A DNA stretch of 64,000 nucleotides from a virus (taxonomy: Duplodnaviria > Caudoviricetes). Shown here in pieces: positions 19,506 through 29,249 of the stretch. Both the position numbers and the translations under genes were made by a program. The stretch's first letter is position 1; every line of letters starts with the position of its first letter. The stretch is taken from the IMG/VR virus record IMGVR_UViG_3300027769_000023, positions 22,920 through 86,919 of that record. One strand, 5' to 3'. A model generated the notes under the pieces. It was not told the origin of the DNA. It saw only the letters and a program-made list of their open reading frames with translations, and did not search any database.

Positions 19506-20657
19506 ATGATTACTAATAAAGGCAAAGACATTATTGGAAAGTACTTGCTTGGGCAAGCCCCAGCATACGCTTCATATATTGCTGTTGGTTGTGGCGCTAA
19601 GCCTCTAGAGCCATATGTCAGTGGTGCAATTCCAGACTATTCAGCCAAGAAAACTTTAGATTTTGAAATGTTTAGAATTCCAATTTCTTCTCGTGGCTTT
19701 ATTGATGATGATGGTGTGTCAAAAATTGTTTTAACTGGAGAACTTCCAACTGAAGAAAGATATGAAATTACAGAGGTTGGAATTTTTTCTGCAAAGTCAA
19801 ACTCCTTGGCGGGATCAACAGATAGTAAAAATCTATATGCATTTACTACTAATGAAAATTGGAAAATAAATGGAGTTTCATCAGTTGTAGCCATACCAGA
19901 AAGACTAGATAGCGAAACATTTCCAAACATTATTAGAGACTCTTTCTCAGGTACAGCAAGAGATATATTTCAAACGAACGCAGACAATCAGGTTTTTACA
20001 TATGATGTTAGAGAGTCAAGACATGAAAGATCTAGATTTTTAAATAATATGATTATGCTAAGAGGAAACTCTTCTGTTATTTCAAGTGGCTCAAGCACAT
20101 GGACAGCCACTGGTAATTTTATTCAATTGTCATCAACCTCAGCAGACTTGTCTAAAAACTCACTAGACGATGAGTTAAGATTTGCATTTAGCGTTGTTTC
20201 AAAAGATGGAACAGTTCAGACAGTACCAAACTATATGAATGTTAAAATTATTGTTGAGTTTTCTTCTTCTACTGTGTCTGGACAAACTTCAAAAATGCAG
20301 ATTAATCTAGACCATAGCAATACTGCTGGTAGTTTAAATAATTTTAATAACAATAGATATTTTGTAATAAATAAAAAAATAGAAGAATTAAAAACAACAA
20401 GCGGTTTTCCATGGAAGGCTGTAGACACAGTAAAGGTTTATGCAGAAATCAAAAGCGGGGCCTCTTCAGCAAATGCTGTAGATGACGACTATTATGTTGC
20501 TTTAGATGCATTAAGACTAGAGAACACAACATCAGAAAATGCGTTGTACGGACTAACAGGATACTCTGTGATCAGAAACATTTCAGGACTACCTATTGTC
20601 AAAAATGGAAATACAAGTAACTATATTGAGTTTAGGTTTGCAATGGATGTGTCATAA
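19506..20657 (+). CDS. Minor tail/fibre-attachment protein
   Basis: N-terminus (ITNKGK...YIAVG.GA...E..R...ELP..E..EITEVGIF) resembles tail-fibre anchor domains. Confidence 0.55.
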   Translation: MITNKGKDIIGKYLLGQAPAYASYIAVGCGAKPLEPYVSGAIPDYSAKKTLDFEMFRIPISSRGFIDDDGVSKIVLTGELPTEERYEITEVGIFSAKSNSLAGSTDSKNLYAFTTNENWKINGVSSVVAIPERLDSETFPNIIRDSFSGTARDIFQTNADNQVFTYDVRESRHERSRFLNNMIMLRGNSSVISSGSSTWTATGNFIQLSSTSADLSKNSLDDELRFAFSVVSKDGTVQTVPNYMNVKIIVEFSSSTVSGQTSKMQINLDHSNTAGSLNNFNNNRYFVINKKIEELKTTSGFPWKAVDTVKVYAEIKSGASSANAVDDDYYVALDALRLENTTSENALYGLTGYSVIRNISGLPIVKNGNTSNYIEFRFAMDVS

Positions 20658-21169
20658 TGGCAGACAAAGACATAAAAGTTATAAGAATTAAAAAAGAAGA
20701 TCTACCAGCAATAAATCCAACAACCGAAGGATACAACTTTAGATACAGAATAATTTCTGAAGATAAGAATAGAACATCTCACTGGTCTTCTCAGATATCA
20801 TTATCAACCGATTACACATATGTTGCTGGTAATAAGAGTATTTCAGTCCTTGGTGGCGTTGCTTCCGTAACTTGGGAACCAGTTAAAATTAATAAGGTTG
20901 TTAGTGGAATTACCTATAGCCTTGGAACAGAATCAGAATACGACATATGGGTTAAATGGGACAGGGGTGATTCTGGAGACTGGGCGTATAAACAAAGAGT
21001 ACAAGGAACATCCATTTCTTTGATTAAGCCAAGTACTTATTTTATTAATAATGTGGAAACAACACTTCCACCAACCTTCGTAACTGTTGAGATTTTTCTT
21101 AAAGGTCTAAAAATAGACAGAAGTATTTCTTATTTGAAAGCATATACGCTTGGCCCACAGGCAGTTTAA
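20657..21169 (+). CDS. Minor tail protein (Ig/FN3-like, hypothetical)
   Basis: Beta-rich; YRIISED.NR.S.WS motif resembles an FN3 C-terminal strand. Confidence 0.4.
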   Translation: MADKDIKVIRIKKEDLPAINPTTEGYNFRYRIISEDKNRTSHWSSQISLSTDYTYVAGNKSISVLGGVASVTWEPVKINKVVSGITYSLGTESEYDIWVKWDRGDSGDWAYKQRVQGTSISLIKPSTYFINNVETTLPPTFVTVEIFLKGLKIDRSISYLKAYTLGPQAV

Positions 21170-21178
21170 TGGTATAAT
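21170..21178 (+). promoter_or_regulatory. Extended -10 promoter (TGgTATAAT), with TTGGCC 17 nt upstream of the -10
   Basis: Sequence motif upstream of ATG 21188. Confidence 0.55.
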
Positions 21179-21187
21179 AGAATAACC

Positions 21188-21628
21188 ATGCCAAACATTC
21201 CATTGCCAAATAGAGGCCAACCAATTGACGTAAGTTACCTGTATCAAATTGCAGATGCGGTAAACTCTTTGACCACAAGTATTTCTTCTGCATCAAATAA
21301 ATATGTTACAGTAGACACCATTAGTTTTGGCAAAAAAGATATGGGCGCTTCAGAGATGCGTATGGTTGGCGGATATGCTGAAGTAGCAAATAACAGTCCA
21401 GTAAGTGCAGGAGGAGAGTTACCATTTTCCCTGACGTATAGTGGATTTAAATATGCCCCAATTGTAACAGCAACACCAATCAACCTTGGCGCCACAGCAG
21501 CAGGATCAGATATATCAGTAGTTTTAAAAACAGTGACTGCCTCTAGAGTAGACGGTATCGTTAAGTTTAAAACTGGAGGAAATGTAACCCTCGGGGTAAA
21601 TCTTATTGCTATCGGATTACCAAATTAA
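21188..21628 (+). CDS. Tail-associated protein with H-type-lectin/gp53-like C-terminal domain
   Basis: F....F..APIVTAT...V..VT......V.LIAIG pattern; last gene of the tail module. Confidence 0.45.
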   Translation: MPNIPLPNRGQPIDVSYLYQIADAVNSLTTSISSASNKYVTVDTISFGKKDMGASEMRMVGGYAEVANNSPVSAGGELPFSLTYSGFKYAPIVTATPINLGATAAGSDISVVLKTVTASRVDGIVKFKTGGNVTLGVNLIAIGLPN

Positions 21629-21819
21629 TGCTAAGATGCAGCAGATGTAAGGGTAGGATGTTTGTTGACAGACAATATAGTTCTGCTAGTTTTTTAGAAA
21701 TTTATTGTATTTTATGTGGGTTTAGAAAAATGTTTAACCCACCAGAGCAGTCTCAGGAGGGCAAATGGCTACTACAAAAGGAAATCTTGAGAGCGAAGCA
21801 TATAATGTCGCACCTGTAA
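21628..21819 (+). CDS. Small zinc-ribbon protein
   Basis: CxxC...CxxC (CSRC, CILC). Confidence 0.55.
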   Translation: MLRCSRCKGRMFVDRQYSSASFLEIYCILCGFRKMFNPPEQSQEGKWLLQKEILRAKHIMSHL

Positions 21820-22310
21820 TTCCAGGTAACAAAAAGGTATGGTTCTTAAATGGTGAACTTGTTAGGATACATCATTACAATAAATCAAATGGAATAATGT
21901 CTGTTTACAATATTACAAAGGGACAGATTGAAAGTTGTTTAATTAGTGATTTTAGAAGTAAAAGAGAAAGAGCGTATACAGTTGGTCAGACTGCAGAACT
22001 TGTCAATAGACATAAAAAATATATGCCATCTTTAATGAAGCGAGGAGTTATTCCTTTTCCAACTGGTTCTCAAAAAGGAGGGGCAAGAGGGTTTCAAGTA
22101 AGATCATATTACTCTGAGTCGCAAGTAAAAGAGATTCGTGATATCCTTGCTACTATGCATATTGGTAGACCAAGAAAAGATAATTTAATTACAAATGATA
22201 TTACACCCAGCAGACAAGAGTTGACACGTCGTATGGGGGATGGTATACTTACATATACGAGAACAGAAGATGGTAGGTTTATTCCTATCTGGAGTGAATC
22301 TATTAACTAA
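21765..22310 (+). CDS. DNA-binding protein with MerR/excisionase-like winged HTH
   Basis: YTVGQTAELVNRH...GVIP.P...RSYYSESQV pattern. Confidence 0.55.
   Translation: MATTKGNLESEAYNVAPVIPGNKKVWFLNGELVRIHHYNKSNGIMSVYNITKGQIESCLISDFRSKRERAYTVGQTAELVNRHKKYMPSLMKRGVIPFPTGSQKGGARGFQVRSYYSESQVKEIRDILATMHIGRPRKDNLITNDITPSRQELTRRMGDGILTYTRTEDGRFIPIWSESIN
22221..22249 (+). promoter_or_regulatory. sigma70/sigmaA promoter TTGACA-17-TATACT (with TG extension), embedded in CDS
   Basis: Near-consensus, upstream of the replication operon. Confidence 0.7.
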
Positions 22311-22331
22311 CCCTTGGGAGGGGTAAATAAA

Positions 22332-22559
22332 ATGTCAGACAGCAATTATGTAGTAACAAACGAACCAACAAAGGTATCCGTAACACTTGGATACACGTTA
22401 AACCTTGGCAATTTTCAGTCGCTTAGACTTGATCTTGGCATCATTGATAATAAAAGAGATGGCGAGAATACAAACGAAGCATTTGAGCGTGTGTATAAGT
22501 TTGTAGAAGATAAGTTAACTGAAAAGATTAACGAAGCAAAGTCTGAAATTAACGAGTAA
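22332..22559 (+). CDS. Hypothetical protein (conserved-looking TLNLGNFQSLRLD motif)
   Basis: RBS GGAGGGG then ATG 22332. Confidence 0.6.
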   Translation: MSDSNYVVTNEPTKVSVTLGYTLNLGNFQSLRLDLGIIDNKRDGENTNEAFERVYKFVEDKLTEKINEAKSEINE

Positions 22560-22867
22560 TGGCTGAACGCAAAGACCGAATGGCTTTGCTATCACGCTAC
22601 AGCAAGTTCCATACTACAAGGTATGAGCAAAAGCCATCACTTAATCTAAACGTCGAGCAGTGGGCATCTGATGCCCTTATAGAGTCATATGGCATTGGAG
22701 TGTGTTATGATTTACTTGAGTATTACTTTAGTGTTTCTCAGTCTCCTTCTTGGAACTACTTTGCGTACAATGCAGAAAAAATATTTCAAGCAAGACTAGA
22801 TAGACAAAAAGATGACAAAGAAAGAATAGAGCGTAGACGAATGGCTAAGGAGTGGCTAAGTGAATAA
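22559..22867 (+). CDS. Hypothetical protein, possible helicase loader
   Basis: Coupled directly upstream of DnaB-like helicase; function from position only. Confidence 0.5.
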   Translation: MAERKDRMALLSRYSKFHTTRYEQKPSLNLNVEQWASDALIESYGIGVCYDLLEYYFSVSQSPSWNYFAYNAEKIFQARLDRQKDDKERIERRRMAKEWLSE

Positions 22868-24080
22868 TACAGAAGCAAAACTAATTACAGCCGTATTAAC
22901 TGATAAGCAAATCCATGTTCTCTTGCAGGCCAATGTTGATAATCTTCTTCGCACACATAATGATATTTGGACATTTATTCGCAATTACTTTGAGCACAAC
23001 AGCGCAGCGCCACCACTAGATCTTGTTGTTGATAAGTTTAGAGACTTCCAACCAATTCAGGGGATTGGAGCAACAAAGCATCACCTAGAAGAACTTCAAA
23101 CTGAATATTTAAATGATAGTCTAAAGGATATAATTCGAACTGCTGCTTCAGATGTACAGTCTGGTAATGGTAATGATGCATTAGATAATTTAATTACAAA
23201 GACTTCTGAGTTAAAGAAAAATACTTCTGCCATTCGTGACATTGATGTTACAGACTTAGAGTCAGCAATTGCATATTTTGAAAATGTAAAAGAACAAAAG
23301 GCACTTGGTATATCTGGTATTAAGACTGGACTTCCAGGGTTTGACAATTATCTTCCTGCTGGAATTATGCCAGGACAACTTGGAGTGTTCTTAGCATATC
23401 CAGGAATTGGTAAATCCTGGCTTGCTCTTTATTTTGCAGTGCAAGCATGGAAACAAGGAAAGTCTCCAATGATCATTTCTTTAGAAATGTCTGAGACAGA
23501 AGTTCGCAATCGTGTATTTACAATTATGGGTGAGGGACTTTGGTCTCATAGAAAAATTTCTAATGGTGAGATTGAAATGGATATGCTAAAGTCTTGGCAT
23601 GCAAAGAATCTTGCTGGTAAGCCAGAGTTTCATATTATTTCAAATGATCAGGGTGGAGAAATCACTCCTTCTGTTCTTCGTGGAAAGATTGATCAGTACA
23701 AGCCAGACTTTGTGATTGTTGACTACTTGCAGTTGATGAGCCCAAATCAAAAGGCAGATAATGAAACGGTACGAATGAAAAACCTATCAAGAGAACTTAA
23801 ACTTATGGCTATTGGAGAAGAAGTTCCGATTATCGCCATTTCCTCTGCAACACCAGATGATGTTAATGATCTTAGTTCCGTACCAACCCTAGGTCAGACT
23901 GCATGGTCAAGGCAGATTGCCTACGATGCAGACTGGGTTCTAGCACTTGGCCGAGCAACAAATAGTGATATTATTGAATGTGCTTTCCGTAAAAACCGTA
24001 ATGGGTATATGGGGGACTTCCTTGTACAATGCGATTTTGACAAGGGATACTATAGATACAAAGACTTTGAGGATAAGTAA
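22860..24080 (+). CDS. dnaB: Replicative DnaB-like helicase
   Basis: Walker A AYPGIGKS, SLEMS, Walker B IVDYLQL, DADWV, KNRNG. Confidence 0.92.
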   Translation: MNNTEAKLITAVLTDKQIHVLLQANVDNLLRTHNDIWTFIRNYFEHNSAAPPLDLVVDKFRDFQPIQGIGATKHHLEELQTEYLNDSLKDIIRTAASDVQSGNGNDALDNLITKTSELKKNTSAIRDIDVTDLESAIAYFENVKEQKALGISGIKTGLPGFDNYLPAGIMPGQLGVFLAYPGIGKSWLALYFAVQAWKQGKSPMIISLEMSETEVRNRVFTIMGEGLWSHRKISNGEIEMDMLKSWHAKNLAGKPEFHIISNDQGGEITPSVLRGKIDQYKPDFVIVDYLQLMSPNQKADNETVRMKNLSRELKLMAIGEEVPIIAISSATPDDVNDLSSVPTLGQTAWSRQIAYDADWVLALGRATNSDIIECAFRKNRNGYMGDFLVQCDFDKGYYRYKDFEDK

Positions 24081-24095
24081 ACATATGGGTATAAT
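24067..24095 (+). promoter_or_regulatory. Promoter TTGAGG-17-TATAAT, probably leaderless transcript
   Basis: 6 nt gap to ATG 24102; no SD. Confidence 0.55.
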
Positions 24096-24101
24096 TAATG
24101 T

Positions 24102-24428
24102 ATGGCAAATTATCATCACAAGCCAATTAAAAAGTTTAGTCTGGATGGCGTAATCCACGATGACTCTGCTATTGGTAGGCTTAAAGGGGAGTACATTAGA
24201 CTTGTCGTATCGGAGATGCGACTGTGTGGCTATGTGCCCAGATTTGACATTGAGCCAGTTTTTACGATAGACTACATTGAGAATAAAAAATGTTTTAACT
24301 TTGAATTATCAATACACGGAGTATACGCAGGGAAAAGGAAAAGCGAATGGATAGCAGGAATAGACGTAAACAAGGCAATAGTTATACCAAAGACCAAATC
24401 CAAAGAGTTATCACAGGAGCAGGTCTAG
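24102..24428 (+). CDS. Hypothetical protein
   Basis: ORF between helicase and primase with its own promoter. Confidence 0.55.
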   Translation: MANYHHKPIKKFSLDGVIHDDSAIGRLKGEYIRLVVSEMRLCGYVPRFDIEPVFTIDYIENKKCFNFELSIHGVYAGKRKSEWIAGIDVNKAIVIPKTKSKELSQEQV

Positions 24429-25291
24429 ACGTTGAATCAGAAGTAGATTCTGATTATATTATTTTCTGTCCATTTCATGCAAATAACAGAACTCCAGCAG
24501 GAGAAGTAGACAAGAACAATGGAACATTTTTTTGTTTCTCATGTCAAAAGGTTGCAGATTTAGTAGAATTAGTTATGCATGTTTCTGGAAGAACCTACTT
24601 TGAGTCTATTCGATTTATTAAAAACAAAGAGCAAGAAGGAAACTTAGAGCAAGAAGTAAATAAGCAGTTATATAAAAAGCCAGACTTCGTACCATTCGAT
24701 GAATTAATTCTTAAAAGACTTTACAATAATTTACTAACGTCTGACAGAGCAAAAGATTATTTTAAATATAGAAAACTTGAAACTACCTCATGGGCAAAGT
24801 TTTCATTGGGTTACTCAGAAAAACAAGACATGGTTACTGTTCCAGTTCATAGTCCAGATGGAATACCAGTTGGATTTGTTGGAAGATCTATTGAGGGTAA
24901 AGAATTTAAAAATACACCTGGACTTCCTAAATCAAAAACGCTGTTTAACCTTAACAGAGTAAAGACTGCAGATCGTGTATACGTGGTAGAGTCATCGTTT
25001 GATGCTATTAGACTTGATCAGATAGGCTTTCCAGCAGTAGCAACACTTGGAGCAAATGTCTCCAACATACAAATAGAATTGCTTCAAAAGTATTTCAATA
25101 ACATTATTGTTATTGCAGATAACGATGAGGCAGGAGGAAACATGAAAAGCAAGATACTTGAAAAACTTGGTTCTCGTGTTTCTGTTATTAAATTAGATAA
25201 ACAATATAAAGATATAGGCGACATGACAGACGAGGAAATAAAGAAGTTAGACTTCCAGTTTGACAAATCTATCATGGCTATGCTAAACTAA
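24347..25291 (+). CDS. dnaG: DNA primase (zinc finger + TOPRIM)
   Basis: CPFH...CFSC zinc finger; VVESSFDA; DNDEAG. Confidence 0.9.
   Translation: MDSRNRRKQGNSYTKDQIQRVITGAGLDVESEVDSDYIIFCPFHANNRTPAGEVDKNNGTFFCFSCQKVADLVELVMHVSGRTYFESIRFIKNKEQEGNLEQEVNKQLYKKPDFVPFDELILKRLYNNLLTSDRAKDYFKYRKLETTSWAKFSLGYSEKQDMVTVPVHSPDGIPVGFVGRSIEGKEFKNTPGLPKSKTLFNLNRVKTADRVYVVESSFDAIRLDQIGFPAVATLGANVSNIQIELLQKYFNNIIVIADNDEAGGNMKSKILEKLGSRVSVIKLDKQYKDIGDMTDEEIKKLDFQFDKSIMAMLN
25260..25289 (+). promoter_or_regulatory. Promoter TTGACA-18-TAAACT (TG extension) embedded in primase 3' end
   Basis: Upstream of AAAGGAGA RBS of the SSB gene. Confidence 0.65.
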
Positions 25292-25316
25292 TATACACGA
25301 CACAAAGGAGAACACT

Positions 25317-25970
25317 ATGAGCGTAATTAAGGGATTAAAAGATATCAACGCCCTGCTCGAAAAACCAAAATATGAAGGAACAGGACAGAAAGTTCGCTGG
25401 GTTAAACTAGCGGATGCACAATCTGCAAAGATTAGATTTGTAGAAGAACTAGACCAAGACTCAGCAAACTTTTCAGAAGACCGTGGTCTTTCTGTTGTTG
25501 TTGCAGAGCATACAAACCCAAAGGACTACAAGCGCAAGGCTGCTTGCACAATGGATTCAGAGGGTCGTTGCTTCGGTTGCGAAATGGCAAAGAAGGAACC
25601 AAAGTCAGGATGGCGTGCACGTCTTCGCTTTTACTGCAACGTGTTGATTAATGATGGCACAGAAGATCCATACATTGCTGTATGGTCTCAGGGCATATCA
25701 AAGCAATCAGCATTTAATAACATTCGTGAATATGCTCTTGATACAGGAAGCATTTCAAATCTTGAGTGGAAGTTAAAGCGTAATGGTCAGGGAACTGAAA
25801 CCAATTACACACTTCTACCATCAAAGCCAGATGCAGAACCATTTGCATGGACTGGTTTTGAATTCTTCAACCTAGAAAAGGTTGTCCGTGAGGTTCCATA
25901 TCCAGAGCAAGAAGCATTCTTCTTTGGATTTGATTCACCTTCTGTTACCAGCACAAACATCGACTGGTAA
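25317..25970 (+). CDS. Single-stranded DNA-binding protein (T4 gp32-like)
   Basis: KIRF, Cys cluster CTMDSEGRCFGC, KRNGQGTETNY; between primase and polymerase. Confidence 0.7.
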   Translation: MSVIKGLKDINALLEKPKYEGTGQKVRWVKLADAQSAKIRFVEELDQDSANFSEDRGLSVVVAEHTNPKDYKRKAACTMDSEGRCFGCEMAKKEPKSGWRARLRFYCNVLINDGTEDPYIAVWSQGISKQSAFNNIREYALDTGSISNLEWKLKRNGQGTETNYTLLPSKPDAEPFAWTGFEFFNLEKVVREVPYPEQEAFFFGFDSPSVTSTNIDW

Positions 25971-25973
25971 TAG

Positions 25974-28900
25974 ATGTCTTACGTAGGCTTACACGTACAT
26001 ACTCACTACTCGTTATTTGACGGGATTGCTACTCCAGAAGAATACGTTGACCGTGCAGTTGAGTTAGGGATGCCAGCAATTGCCATTACTGACCACGGTA
26101 CTTTATCTGGGCATAGGGAACTGCACCGTATTGCAAAAGCAAAGGGTATTAAGCCTATACTTGGCGTAGAAGGCTATATGTGTCAAGATAGATTTGATAC
26201 TAGGGATAAGTCTGAGAGAGATGGAGACCTAGATCTAATTTACAACCATATAGTCCTTCTTGCCAAGAACCAAATTGGTTTAGAAAATTTAAATAAAATT
26301 AGTGAAATATCTTGGACAGAAGGCTTTTTTAAAAAGCCAAGATTTGACTTTGAAGTATTGGAAAAGTATTCAGAGGGCATCATTGTTACTTCGGCTTGCC
26401 CAAGTAGCGTTCTGGTTAAAGCACTTGAGAATGATGAGTTTGCAGTTGCAAAGAAGTACATTGAATGGTTTAAGCGTGTATTCAATGATGACTACTATAT
26501 TGAGGTTATGCCGCATAACCCAGCAGAAATAAACAAGCAACTAATTCAGTTAGCAGATGAGTTTTCTGTAGAGGTCGTTGTAACTCCAGACTGCCATCAC
26601 AGTTGTGCAGAACAAAAAGAGATTCAAGAATTTAAACTGCTTCTTAACACACACGTTAAGATTGACAAAGAGCATACATACGAAAAGTCAAAGAAAAAAG
26701 AAAACATGATGGAACGACTTGACTACCTGTATGGAGAAGACCGTCAAATTACATTTAATAAGTTTGATATCCATCTTTTGTCTTATGAAGAGATGAAGTC
26801 TGCTATGGAAGCCCAAGGTATTGATCGACCAGACATCTATGCAAATACATTAAAGATTGCAGAAAAGATTAGTGATTATGGAATTCAAGAAGGACTAGAC
26901 CTTCTTCCTGTTCAATATAAGCACCCAGACAAAGAACTTAAAGAGTTAGCCCTAGAAGGATTAAAAGAAAGAGGTCATGAAGGTGATAAGGTATACCTAG
27001 ATAGACTAGATGAAGAACTAAAAGTAATCAAGGATAAGAAGTTCGGTCCATACTTTTTGGTTGTACGAAACATGATTACATGGGCAAAGAAAGAAGGTAT
27101 CATGGTTGGTCCAGGTCGTGGATCAGCAGCAGGATCATTGCTATGTTATGTCCTTAGGATTACAGACATTGACCCAATAAAACATAACCTACTCTTCTTT
27201 CGTTTTATTAATCCAGAACGAAATGATTTTCCCGATATTGACACAGATATCCAAGACTCACGTCGTGAGGAAGTAAAAGATTATTTAGTTAGACAATACC
27301 GACATGTAGCATCAATTGCAACATTCCTTTCATTTAAAGATAAAGGTGTTGTCCGAGATGTTGCAAGAGTTTTAAATATCCCACTTACTGATGTCAATAA
27401 AGTCCTTAAACTTGTTGATACATGGGATGAGTACTGCACATCAAAAACAACACGGGAATTCCGTGAGAAATATCCAGAGGTAGAAATATATGGGGAACAA
27501 CTTCGTGGTCGTATTAGAGGTACTGGCATTCACGCTGCTGGTGTTGTCACTAGTAAAGATCCTATTTTTAGGTACGCACCAATGGAGACACGCTCTTCTA
27601 CTGGTAGCGATGAGCGCATTCCTGTTGTTGCGGTTGACATGGAAGAGGCTGAAAAGATTGGCCTTATCAAGATCGACGCACTTGGACTTAAAACTTTAAG
27701 TGTGCTTAAGGATGCTTTGGAGATTATTAAAGAGAGAGACGGAAAACTTATTGATCCACTAGACATCCCTATGGATGATATCCGTGTTTATCAAATGTTA
27801 TCTGACGGGTATACCAAGGGAGTCTTCCAGTGTGAAGCAGCACCATATACAAATCTGCTTGTTAAGATGGGTGTAAAAAACCTTTCAGAACTAGCAGCAT
27901 CAAATGCACTAGTACGCCCTGGAGCAATGAATACAATTGGCAAGGACTATATTGAGCGCAAGCATGGTCGTCAAAATATTGGATATACTCATCAAGTATT
28001 AAAAGAATTTACGGAGGAGACATATGGCTGTATTCTTTACCAGGAACAAGTTATGCAAGCATGCGTATCGCTTGGCGGTATGTCCATGTCGGAAGCAGAC
28101 AAGGTTAGAAAGATCATTGGAAAGAAAAAAGATGCTAAAGAGTTTGATCAGTTTAAAGAGAAGTTCGTAGAGGGAGCCTCTAGGTTTCTTTCTCCAAATA
28201 CTGCAAGGGATCTTTGGCACGACTTTGAGGCTCACGCAGGGTACTCATTTAACAAGTCCCACGCAGTAGCATACTCTACATTATCTTATTGGACTGCATG
28301 GCTTAAATATCACTATCCATTAGAGTTTATGTATTCACTACTAAAAAATGAAAAGGACAAAGATGCAAGAACTGAATATCTTATTGAAGCAAAAAGAATG
28401 GGCATTAGCGTTAAACTTCCTCATATCAATGATTCAGATATTGACTTTAAGATTGAGGGTAAGGGTATTCGCTTTGGTCTATCTGGTATTAAATATATTT
28501 CCGATAAAATTGCTGAGAAGTACATTGCAGCACGACCTTTCGATTCGTATGCTCAACTTGAGGAGTTTACGTTTACTAAGGGAAATGGAGTTAACTCTCG
28601 TGCTCTTCAAGCACTACGAATTATTGGTGCAGCAACATTCAGAGATAATCCGAGAGATGAACAAGAGATTAAAGAAAACCTATACGACTATTTAAATCTA
28701 CCAGAGTTTAATATTTCTATTCCAGCACACTATCATGCCTTTATCCAAGACATAGAAGAGTTTGAAGAAAAGGGATCTTATATTTTAATGGGAATGGTTA
28801 AGTCAATTAAGAGAGGCACTGGATGGTCCAGAGTCGAAGTACTAGATAAAACAGGAAGCGTAGGGATTTTTGATGACGAACAAACAACTATTGAAGCAGG

Positions 28901-29249
28901 CTTATCGTATATCATTCTTGCTAATGATAATAGGATTCTTTCTGCTGTGCCTGTCGACTCCATAAAAGGGTCTACAACTGGATTAATTAAATTTTTAGGA
29001 TACAAGCAGTTGCCATATAAAGATGATGAGATGCTTGTTGTTTCATTTAAGCCAAGGGTTACTAAGGCTGGAAAGAAAATGGCATCTTTAACATTAGCAG
29101 ATACAAGTAGAGACTTGCACTCTGTTACAGTATTCCCTACAAGTTTTGCAAAAGCATATATGACGCTAGAAGAAGGAAAGGCATATAAATTTTCTTTTGG
29201 TAAAACAAAAGATGGAACAACAATATTGGAGGATATAAATGTCGGTTAG
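25974..29249 (+). CDS. dnaE: DNA polymerase III alpha subunit (family C)
   Basis: PHP HVHTHYS/TDHG/DCH; GPGRGSAAGS; PDIDTD; HAAGVV; KIDALGL; YSFNKSH. Confidence 0.97.
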   Translation: MSYVGLHVHTHYSLFDGIATPEEYVDRAVELGMPAIAITDHGTLSGHRELHRIAKAKGIKPILGVEGYMCQDRFDTRDKSERDGDLDLIYNHIVLLAKNQIGLENLNKISEISWTEGFFKKPRFDFEVLEKYSEGIIVTSACPSSVLVKALENDEFAVAKKYIEWFKRVFNDDYYIEVMPHNPAEINKQLIQLADEFSVEVVVTPDCHHSCAEQKEIQEFKLLLNTHVKIDKEHTYEKSKKKENMMERLDYLYGEDRQITFNKFDIHLLSYEEMKSAMEAQGIDRPDIYANTLKIAEKISDYGIQEGLDLLPVQYKHPDKELKELALEGLKERGHEGDKVYLDRLDEELKVIKDKKFGPYFLVVRNMITWAKKEGIMVGPGRGSAAGSLLCYVLRITDIDPIKHNLLFFRFINPERNDFPDIDTDIQDSRREEVKDYLVRQYRHVASIATFLSFKDKGVVRDVARVLNIPLTDVNKVLKLVDTWDEYCTSKTTREFREKYPEVEIYGEQLRGRIRGTGIHAAGVVTSKDPIFRYAPMETRSSTGSDERIPVVAVDMEEAEKIGLIKIDALGLKTLSVLKDALEIIKERDGKLIDPLDIPMDDIRVYQMLSDGYTKGVFQCEAAPYTNLLVKMGVKNLSELAASNALVRPGAMNTIGKDYIERKHGRQNIGYTHQVLKEFTEETYGCILYQEQVMQACVSLGGMSMSEADKVRKIIGKKKDAKEFDQFKEKFVEGASRFLSPNTARDLWHDFEAHAGYSFNKSHAVAYSTLSYWTAWLKYHYPLEFMYSLLKNEKDKDARTEYLIEAKRMGISVKLPHINDSDIDFKIEGKGIRFGLSGIKYISDKIAEKYIAARPFDSYAQLEEFTFTKGNGVNSRALQALRIIGAATFRDNPRDEQEIKENLYDYLNLPEFNISIPAHYHAFIQDIEEFEEKGSYILMGMVKSIKRGTGWSRVEVLDKTGSVGIFDDEQTTIEAGLSYIILANDNRILSAVPVDSIKGSTTGLIKFLGYKQLPYKDDEMLVVSFKPRVTKAGKKMASLTLADTSRDLHSVTVFPTSFAKAYMTLEEGKAYKFSFGKTKDGTTILEDINVG

